From: Escherichia coli
Lineage (GTDB): Bacteria > Pseudomonadota > Gammaproteobacteria > Enterobacterales > Enterobacteriaceae
Assembly (NCBI RefSeq): GCF_003334785.1
Contig: NZ_QOWV01000002.1
Reading direction: 5' to 3' (one strand)
Length of the DNA: 64,000 bases
Position numbers and translations under genes: made by a program. A model generated the notes under the pieces. The model did no database searches and was not told where the DNA came from. It was given only the letters and a program-made list of their open reading frames with translations. Positions 50,880 to 62,537 of the stretch are shown here, piece by piece. Every line of letters begins with the position of its first letter. The stretch's first letter is position 1.

Positions 50880-51965
50880 ATGACATTACTCGCTTCGCTG
50901 CGCGACTGGCTTAAGGCGCAACAACTGGATGCAGTGCTTCTCTCCTCACGGCAGAACAAACAGCCGCATCTGGGGATCTCCACCGGATCAGGTTATGTGG
51001 TGATTAGCCGTGAAAGTGCGCACATTCTGGTGGATTCGCGCTATTACGTTGAGGTGGAAGCCCGTGCGCAAGGCTACCAGCTGCATTTGCTTGACGCGAC
51101 GAACACGCTTACCACTATCGTCAATCAAATCATTGCCGATGAACAGTTGCAAACGCTCGGTTTTGAGGGCCAGCAGGTGAGTTGGGAAACCGCGCACCGC
51201 TGGCAGTCTGAACTCAATGCGAAACTGGTTAGCGCCACGCCGGATGTGCTGCGGCAAATCAAAACGCCAGAGGAGGTGGAGAAAATCCGCCTCGCCTGTG
51301 GGATTGCTGATCGCGGTGCAGAGCATATTCGCCGCTTTATTCAGGCGGGGATGAGCGAGCGCGAGATAGCCGCTGAACTGGAGTGGTTTATGCGCCAGCA
51401 GGGCGCAGAAAAAGCCTCTTTTGACACCATTGTCGCCAGTGGCTGGCGTGGGGCGCTGCCGCACGGCAAAGCCAGCGACAAGATTGTTGCAGCGGGCGAG
51501 TTTGTCACTCTCGATTTCGGTGCGCTGTATCAGGGCTACTGCTCTGATATGACGCGCACCTTGCTGGTGAATGGCGAAGGGGTGAGCGCCGAATCTCACC
51601 CGCTGTTTAACGTCTATCAAATTGTCCTGCAGGCACAGCTCGCAGCAATCTCCGCGATTCGCCCCGGCGTGCGCTGCCAGCAGGTTGACGATGCCGCGCG
51701 CCGGGTCATTACAGAAGCAGGTTATGGCGACTATTTCGGTCATAACACCGGTCACGCTATCGGCATTGAAGTTCATGAAGATCCGCGTTTTTCACCGCGG
51801 GACACCACGACGCTACAGCCAGGCATGTTACTGACCGTGGAGCCGGGGATTTATTTGCCAGGGCAAGGGGGCGTGCGCATCGAAGATGTTGTGCTGGTTA
51901 CCCCGCAAGGCGCAGAAGTGCTCTACGCCATGCCGAAAACAGTGTTGCTCACGGGAGAGGCATAA
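50880..51965 (+). CDS. ypdF: Xaa-Pro aminopeptidase (M24 family)
   Basis: 361-aa ORF with M24 metal-ligand region ([13 protein letters not shown]). Confidence 0.9.
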   Translation: MTLLASLRDWLKAQQLDAVLLSSRQNKQPHLGISTGSGYVVISRESAHILVDSRYYVEVEARAQGYQLHLLDATNTLTTIVNQIIADEQLQTLGFEGQQVSWETAHRWQSELNAKLVSATPDVLRQIKTPEEVEKIRLACGIADRGAEHIRRFIQAGMSEREIAAELEWFMRQQGAEKASFDTIVASGWRGALPHGKASDKIVAAGEFVTLDFGALYQGYCSDMTRTLLVNGEGVSAESHPLFNVYQIVLQAQLAAISAIRPGVRCQQVDDAARRVITEAGYGDYFGHNTGHAIGIEVHEDPRFSPRDTTTLQPGMLLTVEPGIYLPGQGGVRIEDVVLVTPQGAEVLYAMPKTVLLTGEA

Positions 51966-53002
51966 TGGATTTATCGCTATTAAAAGCGTTGAGCGAGGCA
52001 GATGCGATCGCCTCCTCGGAACAGGAAGTGCGGCAGATCCTGCTGGAAGAAGCGGATCGCCTGCAAAAAGAAGTGCGATTTGATGGTCTGGGATCGGTGC
52101 TGATCCGCCTGAATGAATCGACAGGTCCGAAGGTGATGATCTGTGCGCATATGGACGAAGTGGGATTTATGGTGCGCAGCATCTCCCGCGAAGGGGCGAT
52201 TGATGTGCTGCCGGTTGGCAACGTACGCATGGCTGCCCGCCAGCTGCAGCCGGTGCGCATCACCACCCGTGAAGAGTGCAAAATTCCAGGCCTGCTTGAC
52301 GGCGACCGGCAGGGGAATGACGTCAGCGCCATGCGCGTGGACATTGGTGCGCGCTCCTATGACGAAGTGATGCAGGCGGGAATTCGTCCCGGCGATCGCG
52401 TCACGTTTGATACCACTTTTCAGGTTCTCCCTCACCAGCGAGTGATGGGGAAAGCCTTTGATGACCGCCTCGGTTGCTATCTGCTGGTGACGTTACTGCG
52501 CGAACTGCACGACGCCGAACTACCTGCGGAAGTGTGGCTGGTGGCAAGTTCCAGCGAAGAGGTGGGATTACGCGGCGGGCAAACTGCCACCCGCGCGGTG
52601 TCGCCGGACGTCGCCATTGTGCTTGATACCGCCTGCTGGGCGAAAAACTTTGATTATGGCGCGGCTAACCATCGCCAGATTGGTAACGGGCCGATGCTGG
52701 TGTTAAGCGACAAGTCGCTGATTGCGCCGCCAAAACTTACCGCCTGGGTCGAAACCGTGGCGGCAGAAATTGGCGTGCCGTTGCAGGCAGATATGTTCAG
52801 CAACGGCGGCACGGACGGCGGGGCGGTGCACTTAACCGGCACCGGCGTGCCCACAGTGGTGATGGGGCCAGCAACCCGCCATGGACATTGCGCCGCATCG
52901 ATTGCCGATTGCCGCGACATTTTGCAGATGCAGCAACTTTTATCTGCCCTTATTCAACGTCTTACGCGTGAGACGGTTGTTCAACTGACGGATTTCAGAT
53001 GA
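51965..53002 (+). CDS. ypdE: Broad-specificity aminopeptidase (M42 family)
   Basis: 345-aa ORF; start overlaps ypdF stop (TAATG). Confidence 0.9.
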   Translation: MDLSLLKALSEADAIASSEQEVRQILLEEADRLQKEVRFDGLGSVLIRLNESTGPKVMICAHMDEVGFMVRSISREGAIDVLPVGNVRMAARQLQPVRITTREECKIPGLLDGDRQGNDVSAMRVDIGARSYDEVMQAGIRPGDRVTFDTTFQVLPHQRVMGKAFDDRLGCYLLVTLLRELHDAELPAEVWLVASSSEEVGLRGGQTATRAVSPDVAIVLDTACWAKNFDYGAANHRQIGNGPMLVLSDKSLIAPPKLTAWVETVAAEIGVPLQADMFSNGGTDGGAVHLTGTGVPTVVMGPATRHGHCAASIADCRDILQMQQLLSALIQRLTRETVVQLTDFR

Positions 53003-53026
53003 TCTCCTGATTAACCCGGAGCGGTT

Positions 53027-55522
53027 ATGTTAACGATTCAATTTCTCTGTCCTTTGCCTAACGGTCTACATGCTCGTCCGGCGTGGGAACTTAAAGAACA
53101 GTGCAGCCAGTGGCAAAGCGAAATCACTTTTATTAACCATCGCCAGAACGCAAAGGCAGATGCGAAAAGCTCGCTGGCGCTGATTGGCACCGGCACCCTA
53201 TTTAATGACAGTTGCAGCCTGAACATTAGCGGCAGCGATGAAGAGCAGGCGCGGCGCGTGCTGGAAGAGTACATCCAGGTGCGCTTTATCGACAGCGACA
53301 GCGTTCAGCCTACGCAGGCAGAACTGACGGCGCATCCGCTGCCGCGTTCATTAAGCCGCCTTAACCCGGATTTACTGTACGGCAATGTGCTGGCAAGCGG
53401 CGTCGGCGTGGGTACGCTGACCCTGTTACAAAGCGACAGCCTCGACAGTTATCGGGCAATCCCCGCCAGTGCGCAAGATTCCACCCGGCTGGAGCACAGC
53501 CTGGCAACGCTTGCCGAGCAACTGAACCAGCAATTGCGTGAGCGTGACGGCGAAAGCAAAACTATCCTCAGCGCCCATTTGTCGCTGATTCAGGATGATG
53601 AATTTGCAGGCAATATCCGTCGCCTGATGACAGAACAGCATCAGGGGCTGGGGGCGGCGATCATCAGCAATATGGAGCAGGTTTGCGCCAAACTTTCTGC
53701 CTCTGCCAGCGATTATCTGCGCGAACGTGTTAGCGACATTCGCGATATCAGCGAACAGTTGCTGCATATCACCTGGCCGGAACTGAAGCCGCGCAACAAG
53801 CTGGTGCTTGAAAAACCGACCATTCTGGTGGCTGAAGATTTAACCCCAAGCCAGTTTTTGAGCCTTGATTTGAAAAATCTTGCGGGCATGATTCTGGAGA
53901 AAACCGGGCGCACCTCGCATACACTGATTCTGGCCCGTGCCTCGGCGATCCCGGTACTGAGTGGCTTGCCGCTGGATGCGATTGCCCGTTATGCCGGGCA
54001 ACCTGCAGTGCTTGACGCCCAGTGCGGCGTGCTGGCGATTAACCCGAATGACGCGGTGAGCGGTTATTATCAGGTCGCGCAGACGCTGGCGGATAAACGC
54101 CAAAAACAACAGGCGCAGGCTGCCGCGCAGCTGGCCTATTCCCGTGATAACAAGCGTATTGATATTGCGGCGAATATCGGCACCGCTCTGGAAGCGCCAG
54201 GCGCGTTTGCCAACGGCGCGGAAGGTGTCGGGCTGTTCCGTACCGAAATGCTCTATATGGATCGCGACAGCGCGCCGGACGAGCAGGAGCAATTTGAAGC
54301 CTACCAGCAGGTGCTACTGGCGGCGGGCGACAAGCCGATTATCTTCCGCACGATGGACATCGGCGGCGATAAAAGCATTCCTTATCTGAATATTCCCCAG
54401 GAAGAGAACCCGTTCCTCGGCTATCGCGCGGTACGTATTTACCCGGAATTTGCTGGCCTGTTCCGCACTCAACTGCGGGCCATTTTGCGCGCCGCCAGTT
54501 TCGGCAACGCCCAGTTGATGATCCCGATGGTTCACAGCCTCGATCAGATCTTATGGGTGAAAGGCGAGATCCAAAAAGCGATCGTTGAGCTTAAGCGCGA
54601 TGGCCTGCGTCATGCAGAGACGATTACGCTTGGGATCATGGTGGAAGTTCCGTCGGTGTGCTACATCATCGACCACTTCTGCGATGAGGTCGATTTCTTC
54701 AGTATCGGCTCCAACGATATGACCCAGTATCTGTATGCGGTCGATCGTAATAACCCGCGCGTATCGCCGCTATATAACCCGATTACGCCATCGTTCCTGC
54801 GCATGTTGCAGCAAATAGTTACCACTGCGCATCAGCGGGGCAAATGGGTAGGCATTTGCGGTGAACTGGGCGGTGAAAGCCGTTATCTGCCGCTACTGCT
54901 TGGGCTGGGCCTGGATGAGCTGAGTATGAGTAGCCCGCGTATTCCGGCGGTGAAAAGCCAGCTTCGTCAACTGGATAGCGAGGCGTGTCGGGAACTGGCG
55001 CGTCAGGCATGTGAATGCCGCAGTGCGCAGGAAATTGAAGCGTTACTCACCGCCTTTACGCCGGAAGAAGACGTTCGCCCACTGCTGGCGCTGGAGAATA
55101 TCTTTGTTGATCAGGATTTTAGCAATAAAGAGCAGGCGATCCAGTTCCTGTGCGGCAACCTCGGCGTTAACGGGCGCACTGAACATCCGTTTGAGCTGGA
55201 AGAAGATGTCTGGCAGCGGGAAGAGATTGTTACCACCGGCGTTGGTTTTGGCGTAGCGATCCCGCACACCAAATCTCAGTGGATCCGTCATTCCAGTATC
55301 AGCATTGCCCGGCTGGCGAAACCGATTGGCTGGCAGTCAGAAATGGGCGAAGTCGAACTGGTGATCATGCTGACGCTGGGTGCTAACGAAGGGATGAATC
55401 ATGTGAAAGTCTTCTCGCAGCTGGCGCGTAAACTGGTGAATAAAAACTTCCGCCAGTCGTTGTTTGCCGCGCAAGATGCACAAAGTATCCTGACGCTGCT
55501 GGAAACAGAATTAACCTTCTGA
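53027..55522 (+). CDS. fryA: PTS multiphosphoryl transfer protein (HPr-like / enzyme I-like / EIIA-Fru-like fusion)
   Basis: 831-aa ORF; HPr-like N-terminus (LPNGLHARPA), EI-like core, EIIA-like C-terminus. Confidence 0.9.
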   Translation: MLTIQFLCPLPNGLHARPAWELKEQCSQWQSEITFINHRQNAKADAKSSLALIGTGTLFNDSCSLNISGSDEEQARRVLEEYIQVRFIDSDSVQPTQAELTAHPLPRSLSRLNPDLLYGNVLASGVGVGTLTLLQSDSLDSYRAIPASAQDSTRLEHSLATLAEQLNQQLRERDGESKTILSAHLSLIQDDEFAGNIRRLMTEQHQGLGAAIISNMEQVCAKLSASASDYLRERVSDIRDISEQLLHITWPELKPRNKLVLEKPTILVAEDLTPSQFLSLDLKNLAGMILEKTGRTSHTLILARASAIPVLSGLPLDAIARYAGQPAVLDAQCGVLAINPNDAVSGYYQVAQTLADKRQKQQAQAAAQLAYSRDNKRIDIAANIGTALEAPGAFANGAEGVGLFRTEMLYMDRDSAPDEQEQFEAYQQVLLAAGDKPIIFRTMDIGGDKSIPYLNIPQEENPFLGYRAVRIYPEFAGLFRTQLRAILRAASFGNAQLMIPMVHSLDQILWVKGEIQKAIVELKRDGLRHAETITLGIMVEVPSVCYIIDHFCDEVDFFSIGSNDMTQYLYAVDRNNPRVSPLYNPITPSFLRMLQQIVTTAHQRGKWVGICGELGGESRYLPLLLGLGLDELSMSSPRIPAVKSQLRQLDSEACRELARQACECRSAQEIEALLTAFTPEEDVRPLLALENIFVDQDFSNKEQAIQFLCGNLGVNGRTEHPFELEEDVWQREEIVTTGVGFGVAIPHTKSQWIRHSSISIARLAKPIGWQSEMGEVELVIMLTLGANEGMNHVKVFSQLARKLVNKNFRQSLFAAQDAQSILTLLETELTF

Positions 55523-55524
55523 CG

Positions 55525-56382
55525 TTAGCCCTGAAAACGGGCGCTGTACTCTCCCGGCGTCAGACCAAACTGACGCCGGAAAACGCGACAAAAATAGTCG
55601 CTATCCGGAAAACCGCAACGCTGTGCCACTTCATGAATTGACAGATGATATTTCTGCAAAATCATCCTCGCCTTCGCCATTCGCACCCAACGCACATACT
55701 CGATAAAACGCATCGTTCCATGCTGAGCAAACAGTTTTGACAGATGATTGGGCGTGATATTAAAAAACTGCGCCACGCTCTCGCGGGTGAGCGGCTGGGC
55801 ATAATTATCCTGAACCCAGTTACAAATGCTGTGATAGAGAAAATCGCCGCGCGGCTGCGAATTGCCCGGCGGCATATTCACCACGCTACGGCAAAGATGC
55901 AGCAAACTTAACACCAGCGGCTGAATGATATTTTGCTCCAGCGGCGAACGGCTAAGATGGGTGAGGGCGGTAAGCATCGCTTCACCTTCACCGCGTTGCA
56001 GGCTGGGAAGCTGGATCTGGCGAGCAGGATGCAACAACGACGTGGTGCGGCTATCGTAAAACGATAACCCAAGCCAGGTCGGAGCGAACACCAGGCTTAA
56101 CAGCATCACCGGTTTGTTGTTGACCGGTAAATTAGCCGCGCGCGCCGGAATAAACAGCATTTCTCCTTCCACCAAACGTTGCTGCTTTGCTTCCAGCAGA
56201 TTGCCGTATTCGCCGCGCAGCACGATATCCAGACGGGGAAAATCAATACATAAACTGCCCACCGGCAACGAGGCAGGCTGGCTGGCAAACCAGACGCGCC
56301 CCAGTAGTTGCGGGTTAAGCACCAGGCCGCTGAACAGATCGGCGAAAAATTGTTGATCGGCGGGCAAGCCTGGTGCTTTCAT
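55525..56382 (-). CDS. ypdC: AraC-family transcriptional regulator YpdC
   Basis: 285-aa ORF with C-terminal AraC HTH; convergent with fryA (2-bp gap). Confidence 0.88.
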   Translation of the reverse strand: MKAPGLPADQQFFADLFSGLVLNPQLLGRVWFASQPASLPVGSLCIDFPRLDIVLRGEYGNLLEAKQQRLVEGEMLFIPARAANLPVNNKPVMLLSLVFAPTWLGLSFYDSRTTSLLHPARQIQLPSLQRGEGEAMLTALTHLSRSPLEQNIIQPLVLSLLHLCRSVVNMPPGNSQPRGDFLYHSICNWVQDNYAQPLTRESVAQFFNITPNHLSKLFAQHGTMRFIEYVRWVRMAKARMILQKYHLSIHEVAQRCGFPDSDYFCRVFRRQFGLTPGEYSARFQG

Positions 56383-56394
56383 GAAAGTTCCCGA

Positions 56395-57129
56395 TTAAAG
56401 ATGCATTAACTGGCGAAATTCTTTCACTTTGCTGCGGCTGACCGGCACTTCAAAATCCAGATCTTTCAGTCGCAGAATGTAGGTGTTATTAAACCACGGT
56501 TCGATTTCGCGTATTTTGTTCAGATTGACACAAAATGAGCGATGGCAGCGGAAAAAATGCGACGGCGGCAGTTTGCTGCAAAATTCGGTAATGTTCATCG
56601 GCATTACGTAGGATTCACGCCGCGTATAGACAAAGGTCATTTTCTCGTGCGCTTCGGCGTAATAGATATCGTTAATTGGCGTGACGATTATTCGCTCATC
56701 TTTCACCAGATTAATGGTGTCATTCTCACGCGTTACCGTCGCGGCAGGCGTACTGCTGGTCTGCTGTTGTTGCCAGGCCGCTTCCAGTTTTTGCAGCATC
56801 CCGGTAATACGTGACTCCTGATACGGTTTGAGAATGTAGTCAAACGCCTCCAGTTCAAACGCTTCTACCGCATGTTCTTTCCACGCGGTGATGAACACAA
56901 TAAACGGTTTATGGGCGAACTGGCTGATGTTTTGCGCCAGCAACACGCCATCCAGCGACGGAATATTGATATCCAGAAAAATGGCGTCGACGCGGTTATG
57001 CTGCAAAAACTTCAACACGTCCAGACCGTCGTCAAAGGTGCCGACAATCTCCATCTGGCTGTGCTCTTTAATTAGCCAGCTCAGTTCCTGTTGTGCCAGG
57101 AATTCGTCTTCAACAATGATGACTTTCAC
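56395..57129 (-). CDS. ypdB: LytTR-family response regulator YpdB
   Basis: 244 aa from GTG at 57129 (VKVIIVEDEFLAQQEL...); receiver domain plus LytTR DNA-binding domain; the ORF track starts 6 codons upstream at TTG, overlapping the ypdA stop. Confidence 0.88.
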   Translation of the reverse strand: MKVIIVEDEFLAQQELSWLIKEHSQMEIVGTFDDGLDVLKFLQHNRVDAIFLDINIPSLDGVLLAQNISQFAHKPFIVFITAWKEHAVEAFELEAFDYILKPYQESRITGMLQKLEAAWQQQQTSSTPAATVTRENDTINLVKDERIIVTPINDIYYAEAHEKMTFVYTRRESYVMPMNITEFCSKLPPSHFFRCHRSFCVNLNKIREIEPWFNNTYILRLKDLDFEVPVSRSKVKEFRQLMHL

Positions 57130-57143
57130 AATATCACTCCGGC

Positions 57144-58841
57144 TCAAAGCAATAACGTAGCCTGTGAGGCGACTGGGGTGCGTTGGTTAGGAATGTAAAA
57201 CGCAATTTCCGTCCCCGGCTCCAGGCGGCGGATATGCAGCCCCTCGCCATACAATAACTTCACGCGATGATGGACATTCAGCAGGCCAATTTTATTGCCC
57301 GGCATTTCATTCGCTTCGACCCGCTCAATCACCTTTGGATCGATGCCGTGCCCGGTATCTCGCACCGCAATGCGTACCCGATTTCCGCACTCTGCAACGC
57401 TGATGGTGACAACGCCTTTACCTTTGCAAGGCTGAATACCGTGGACAATGGCGTTCTCCACCAACGGCTGGATCAGCAGGCTGGGAATGCAGCAATTCAC
57501 CTCTTCATCAATATCATAGATAACCGTCAGCTTGTCACCAAAGCGGGCCTGCTCAATGGCAATATAGTCTTTAATTTGATACAGCTCTTTTTTGATATCG
57601 ATTTGCTCATCGTCTTTTAATTCAATGTTATAGCGCAGATAACGCGACAGATTAAAGATCAACTGGCGAGCGGTATCCGGATTCAGACGGATTGACGATG
57701 AAATAGCGTTCAGAGCGTTAAACAGAAAATGGGGATTAATTTTGCTTTGCAGGGCGCGAAGCTCTGCCTTATTTGCCATTTCACGTAGCTGCTCGGCGCG
57801 TGAAACCTCCAGTTGCGTGGAGATGATTTGCGACAGACCGACCGCCATTTCCTGTAATGACGAGGTGATCTGATGCGCGTGGCAGTAGTAAATTTTCAGC
57901 GTTCCGGTCACGACCCCTTTCTCCCACAATGGGATCACCAGCATGGAATGAATCTCTGGTGTGCGGTGGGCTTCATCATTGTTTTTAATGATGATTTTTC
58001 CGTAATTCATCGCCTGACGGGTAGTCGGGCTAATGAAGTCATCGCCATTCTGATAGTTATGTTCACCCACGCCAACATAGGCCAGCACATGATCGGTATT
58101 AGTAATCGCCACCGCATCGGCGTGAATGTCATCGCGGATAATTTCGCAGACCTTGCGTAATGACTCGCTATTGACATGGCGAAACAGCGGTAGCGTTTTG
58201 TTGGCGATATCCAGCGCCAGCTTGGCCTGCCGCGCGGCGCTGGCCTCTTTTTCGCCCTCAACGCTTTGCACCAGAAGCACAATAAAGCCGATACAGACGC
58301 TACCGAGGATCATTGGAATGCCGATTTTAGAGACGATATCGATCCCCAACGCGGTAGTTGGTGCCCAGACAATTACCAGAATCATGGTCAACGTCTCACA
58401 CAACATGCCGCCGAGAATACCGACGCGCCAGCGCTGTGCTTTGGGGATTTTCAGGTTGATCCAGCCCGATATACAACCCGCCAGAATGCTGGTGATAAAG
58501 CAGGGGATCGCCGTCACGCCGCCGATATCAATTAAATACCGGTGAATACCCGCAATCACGCCGGTAATGATGCCTACCCACGGGCCAAACAGAATCCCGC
58601 CGGACATCACCGCGATAATACGTACGTTCACCAGCGAGCCTTCTACGGGAACGCCGGACCAGGTGCTGAACAGGGCGAACAGCGAGAAAATGGCGGTAAC
58701 GGCGAGCAATTCTTTTGGGGAGTGCGCCGACTTGTGCAACAGTTCGCGAAACAGGCGGATACGGATGAGAAAGAACAGGCAGATAAGCATTAACGCTGCC
58801 CGATCGAAGACCGCCAGCAGCATGTTGAATATTTCGTGCAC
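57144..58841 (-). CDS. ypdA: LytS-type sensor histidine kinase YpdA
   Basis: 565-aa ORF; N-terminal polytopic membrane domain, GAF-like region, histidine kinase core (H-box ...PHFLFNALN...). Confidence 0.9.
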
Positions 58842-59216
58842 GGGTGACTCTGAATAAGGATTAAACCTCTATGATAGGTAACCTGAAGGCTGATGACCAG
58901 CAGGCCGTTTTTGAGGAAAAACCACAATTTTAAAAGGGGATTGATAGATAAATGGTGTATTAGCAATGCATCTCTTGATAATGCACTTCTGGTTAGTAAA
59001 TTTATTGAAATTATTATGTTAATAAAATGAGTGGTAATTTTCTTGTTAGCGCAGATAAATTTCCTGTTTTTAAAGCAGAGTTCCTCATTTAACGTCATTA
59101 ATAAAATGTTCTAAAACGCTGGACAGACAGAAATTAATCAGGCTATTTTCAAAACAGCCACCATCGTGGCAGCGTCGCTCGGACGGTCCGGGCGCTAACG
59201 TTAATCTGAGGAAATT

Positions 59217-60455
59217 ATGGCTGACACTCGCCCTGAACGTCGCTTTACGCGCATTGATCGTCTCCCGCCCTACGTTTTTAACATCACCGCTGAACTGAAA
59301 ATGGCTGCGCGTCGGCGCGGCGAAGATATTATCGATTTCAGCATGGGTAACCCGGACGGTGCGACTCCGCCGCATATCGTCGAAAAATTATGTACTGTGG
59401 CCCAGCGCCCGGACACGCATGGTTACTCCACTTCACGCGGCATTCCGCGGTTACGTCGCGCCATTTCCCGCTGGTATCAGGATCGCTACGACGTTGAAAT
59501 CGACCCGGAATCAGAAGCCATCGTCACTATTGGTTCGAAAGAGGGCCTGGCGCATCTGATGCTGGCGACGCTGGATCATGGTGACACGGTGCTGGTGCCG
59601 AATCCAAGTTACCCGATCCATATTTATGGCGCGGTGATTGCCGGGGCGCAGGTACGCTCAGTGCCGCTGGTGGAAGGTGTCGATTTCTTCAACGAACTGG
59701 AGCGAGCCATTCGTGAAAGTTATCCGAAACCGAAGATGATGATCCTCGGCTTCCCGTCAAACCCAACCGCGCAATGCGTGGAACTGGAGTTCTTCGAAAA
59801 AGTAGTGGCGCTGGCGAAACGCTACGATGTGCTGGTGGTCCATGACCTGGCCTATGCCGATATCGTCTACGATGGCTGGAAAGCGCCGTCAATTATGCAG
59901 GTACCGGGTGCACGCGATGTGGCAGTCGAGTTCTTTACGCTGTCGAAAAGCTACAACATGGCGGGCTGGCGTATCGGCTTTATGGTTGGCAACAAAACGC
60001 TGGTCAGCGCCCTGGCTCGTATTAAAAGCTATCACGATTACGGCACCTTTACGCCGTTGCAGGTGGCGGCGATTGCGGCGCTGGAGGGCGATCAACAGTG
60101 CGTGCGCGACATTGCCGAACAGTACAAACGCCGCCGTGATGTATTGGTTAAAGGGCTGCATGAAGCGGGCTGGATGGTTGAAATGCCGAAGGCTTCGATG
60201 TATGTCTGGGCGAAAATCCCGGAACCATATGCGGCCATGGGATCGCTGGAATTTGCCAAGAAGCTCCTTAACGAAGCGAAGGTTTGTGTCTCGCCGGGGA
60301 TTGGCTTTGGCGACTATGGTGATACGCATGTTCGCTTTGCACTGATTGAAAACCGCGACCGTATTCGTCAGGCCATCAGAGGGATTAAAGCGATGTTCCG
60401 TGCCGACGGTTTACTACCCGCCAGCAGCAAACATATTCACGAAAACGCGGAATAA
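59217..60455 (+). CDS. alaC: Glutamate-pyruvate aminotransferase AlaC
   Basis: 412-aa ORF; class I aminotransferase fold with PLP-lysine context ([12 protein letters not shown]). Confidence 0.93.
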   Translation: MADTRPERRFTRIDRLPPYVFNITAELKMAARRRGEDIIDFSMGNPDGATPPHIVEKLCTVAQRPDTHGYSTSRGIPRLRRAISRWYQDRYDVEIDPESEAIVTIGSKEGLAHLMLATLDHGDTVLVPNPSYPIHIYGAVIAGAQVRSVPLVEGVDFFNELERAIRESYPKPKMMILGFPSNPTAQCVELEFFEKVVALAKRYDVLVVHDLAYADIVYDGWKAPSIMQVPGARDVAVEFFTLSKSYNMAGWRIGFMVGNKTLVSALARIKSYHDYGTFTPLQVAAIAALEGDQQCVRDIAEQYKRRRDVLVKGLHEAGWMVEMPKASMYVWAKIPEPYAAMGSLEFAKKLLNEAKVCVSPGIGFGDYGDTHVRFALIENRDRIRQAIRGIKAMFRADGLLPASSKHIHENAE

Positions 60456-60519
60456 ACACCGTCGTCAGAAATGCAAACAGGAGCCTGATGGCTCCTGTTT
60501 TTCATTGCACAGTTTGCTT

Positions 60520-60591
60520 TTAGATCATCAGGGCAAAAGTACCGGCCCAAACGATGACCATAAAAGAAATGCCCATAAAGAAATATTTCAC
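60520..60591 (-). CDS. ypdK: Small membrane protein YpdK (23 aa)
   Basis: Minus-strand frame read by eye: (GTG)KYFFMGISFMVIVWAGTFALMI-stop; start codon here is GTG; lies between alaC and lpxP. Confidence 0.6.
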   Translation of the reverse strand: MKYFFMGISFMVIVWAGTFALMI

Positions 60592-60876
60592 TTTACATCT
60601 CTCCGCGTAATTACTGTTACGCCTGAATGACTTCATTACACCTGATACAGTGAGTTGACACCGGGCAAAGCGACCTTAAAAGCCCTGTATTTTACCGTGG
60701 GCATCACCCCAGAATTCTGAGCTAAACTGCTCGAGACGGCGCTAATGTACGCCTAAAACTGAAACGAGACAAGAGGCATTTTCTTATTTACTTTTAGTAA
60801 CTTACAAGTGTCTCATATCGGCGACAGTTTAATTTCTGACGGTAATAATTAGATATTCAGCGAAGGAAAAACCTTA

Positions 60877-60912
60877 AGAAAAAAGCCATAAAAACCATGA
60901 GGTTATTATGGC
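60877..60912 (-). terminator. Intrinsic terminator downstream of lpxP
   Basis: Minus strand reads GCCATAATAACCTCATGGTTTTTATGGC followed by TTTTTTCT. Confidence 0.65.
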
Positions 60913-60945
60913 CGATTTGAGGAGGGAAAGAGTAAGAGCAGTTTG

Positions 60946-61866
60946 TTAAATGTACAACGACGATTCTCCCACCGGGCGCGTTTTAAAGCGACGGTGGATC
61001 CAGAGGTACTGCTCCGGTGCGCGCATGATCTCTTTCTCGATAATCTTGTTCATATAGGCAGCGGCTTGATTTTCATCTGTCGGGTAGCCTTCCATCTCTG
61101 GGGTGATGAACAAACGATATCCGCTGTAATCCGTTTTTCTTACCATCGTTACGGTCAACATGGCTGCGCCAGAGAGACGGGAGAGAACATAGGTGCCATT
61201 GGTTGTGGCGACATTTTCCACCGCAAAGAACGGCGCGAAGGAGCTGCCTTTACGACCATAATCCTGATCGGGAGCAAACCATACCGCTTCACCTTTCTTC
61301 AGTGCACCGACAATGCCGCGCAGATTATTTCTGCCGATCATCGCTTTGTTAGAGCGCATGCGCCCACGGGTCTGCACCCATTCCATCAGCTGATTATTAT
61401 GTGGACGATAGGTAGCCATCATTGGTTGGCACAGTCCCATCACGCGGCCGCCCAGTTCCAGCGACATAAAATGGACGCCGACAACCATTACGCCGCGATT
61501 TTGCATTTGTGCGCGTTTAAGGTTATCCAACCCTTCAACATCAAACCATTTACGTACGCGACTGTCGGGCCAGAACCATGCCATGCCGGTTTCTACCAGC
61601 GCCATGCCGAGTGAACGAAAGTTTTCGGCAATCATCTTCTCGCGTTCTTCCGCAGAATGCTGCGGGAAACAAAGTTCCAGGTTTTTACGGGCGATAGATT
61701 CACGACGTTTCAGGAATGGTCGCGCCATTGCGCCAATACGCGTGCCGAGAAAGCAGAGAACAGGATAAGGAAGCTGTACCCAAAGCCAGAGTACACCAAG
61801 CCCAAACCATGTGAGCCAGTAGCGAGGATGTAGAAACTCGCGGGAAAATTTGCATTGTGGAAACAT
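60946..61866 (-). CDS. lpxP: Lipid A biosynthesis palmitoleoyltransferase (cold-induced)
   Basis: 306 aa from ATG at 61866 (MFPQCKFSREFLHPRYWLTWFGLGVLWLW...). Confidence 0.93.
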   Translation of the reverse strand: MFPQCKFSREFLHPRYWLTWFGLGVLWLWVQLPYPVLCFLGTRIGAMARPFLKRRESIARKNLELCFPQHSAEEREKMIAENFRSLGMALVETGMAWFWPDSRVRKWFDVEGLDNLKRAQMQNRGVMVVGVHFMSLELGGRVMGLCQPMMATYRPHNNQLMEWVQTRGRMRSNKAMIGRNNLRGIVGALKKGEAVWFAPDQDYGRKGSSFAPFFAVENVATTNGTYVLSRLSGAAMLTVTMVRKTDYSGYRLFITPEMEGYPTDENQAAAYMNKIIEKEIMRAPEQYLWIHRRFKTRPVGESSLYI

Positions 61867-62218
61867 AGTTACCTTCTGTAGATACGAATTGTTGTATCGC
61901 AGAAGATTCCATGTCGACAGCGGTACACTCAATTGGTTGGGCCATCATGTACGACAATGGTTCCTGTAAAGAGTGTAAAGACTAGTCAGGACATAACCAC
62001 GAGGAGCATGAAGGCGGTATCTGTACTTTATCACTCGCTGACTGCTTTCAGCTACTGATTATTAATCGTGCAAAGTAAATATTTTTCCGTACACAACAGT
62101 CTTGCATTTAACATGCTGTTTTCATTGATGCTTAGCAAAAATTGCCAGAGGTTAAGGATTGTCTTACTATTAAAGTGACTGAAGTTACAGGTTTTTTAGC
62201 GCGGCAGGAGGTTGAGCT

Positions 62219-62461
62219 ATGATTAATTTATGGATGTTTCTCGCCCTGTGTATTGTCTGCGTAAGCGGCTACATCGGTCAGGTACTGAACGTGGTATCGG
62301 CGGTCTCTTCTTTCTTCGGCATGGTGATCCTCGCTGCACTCATTTATTACTTCACCATGTGGTTAACTGGCGGTAATGAACTAGTGACGGGGATATTTAT
62401 GTTTCTTGCCCCGGCTTGTGGCTTGATGATTCGCTTTATGGTGGGGTATGGCAGGCGGTAG
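62219..62461 (+). CDS. yfdY: Small inner membrane protein YfdY
   Basis: 80-aa hydrophobic ORF with GGAGG RBS. Confidence 0.8.
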   Translation: MINLWMFLALCIVCVSGYIGQVLNVVSAVSSFFGMVILAALIYYFTMWLTGGNELVTGIFMFLAPACGLMIRFMVGYGRR

Positions 62462-62537
62462 TGGGTCAGGATGGCTCATTTGGGCAGGTGTTCACATCAG
62501 CATCAGACATGATTGTTCACCTGCCATGTGAAAGACG

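Noticed and set aside
62469-62530. Imperfect inverted repeat GGCAGGTG...CACCTGCC between convergent yfdY and ypdI
   Set aside because: The 8-bp stem encloses a 27-nt loop with no U-tract. It is too weak to call a terminator or operator without supporting data.
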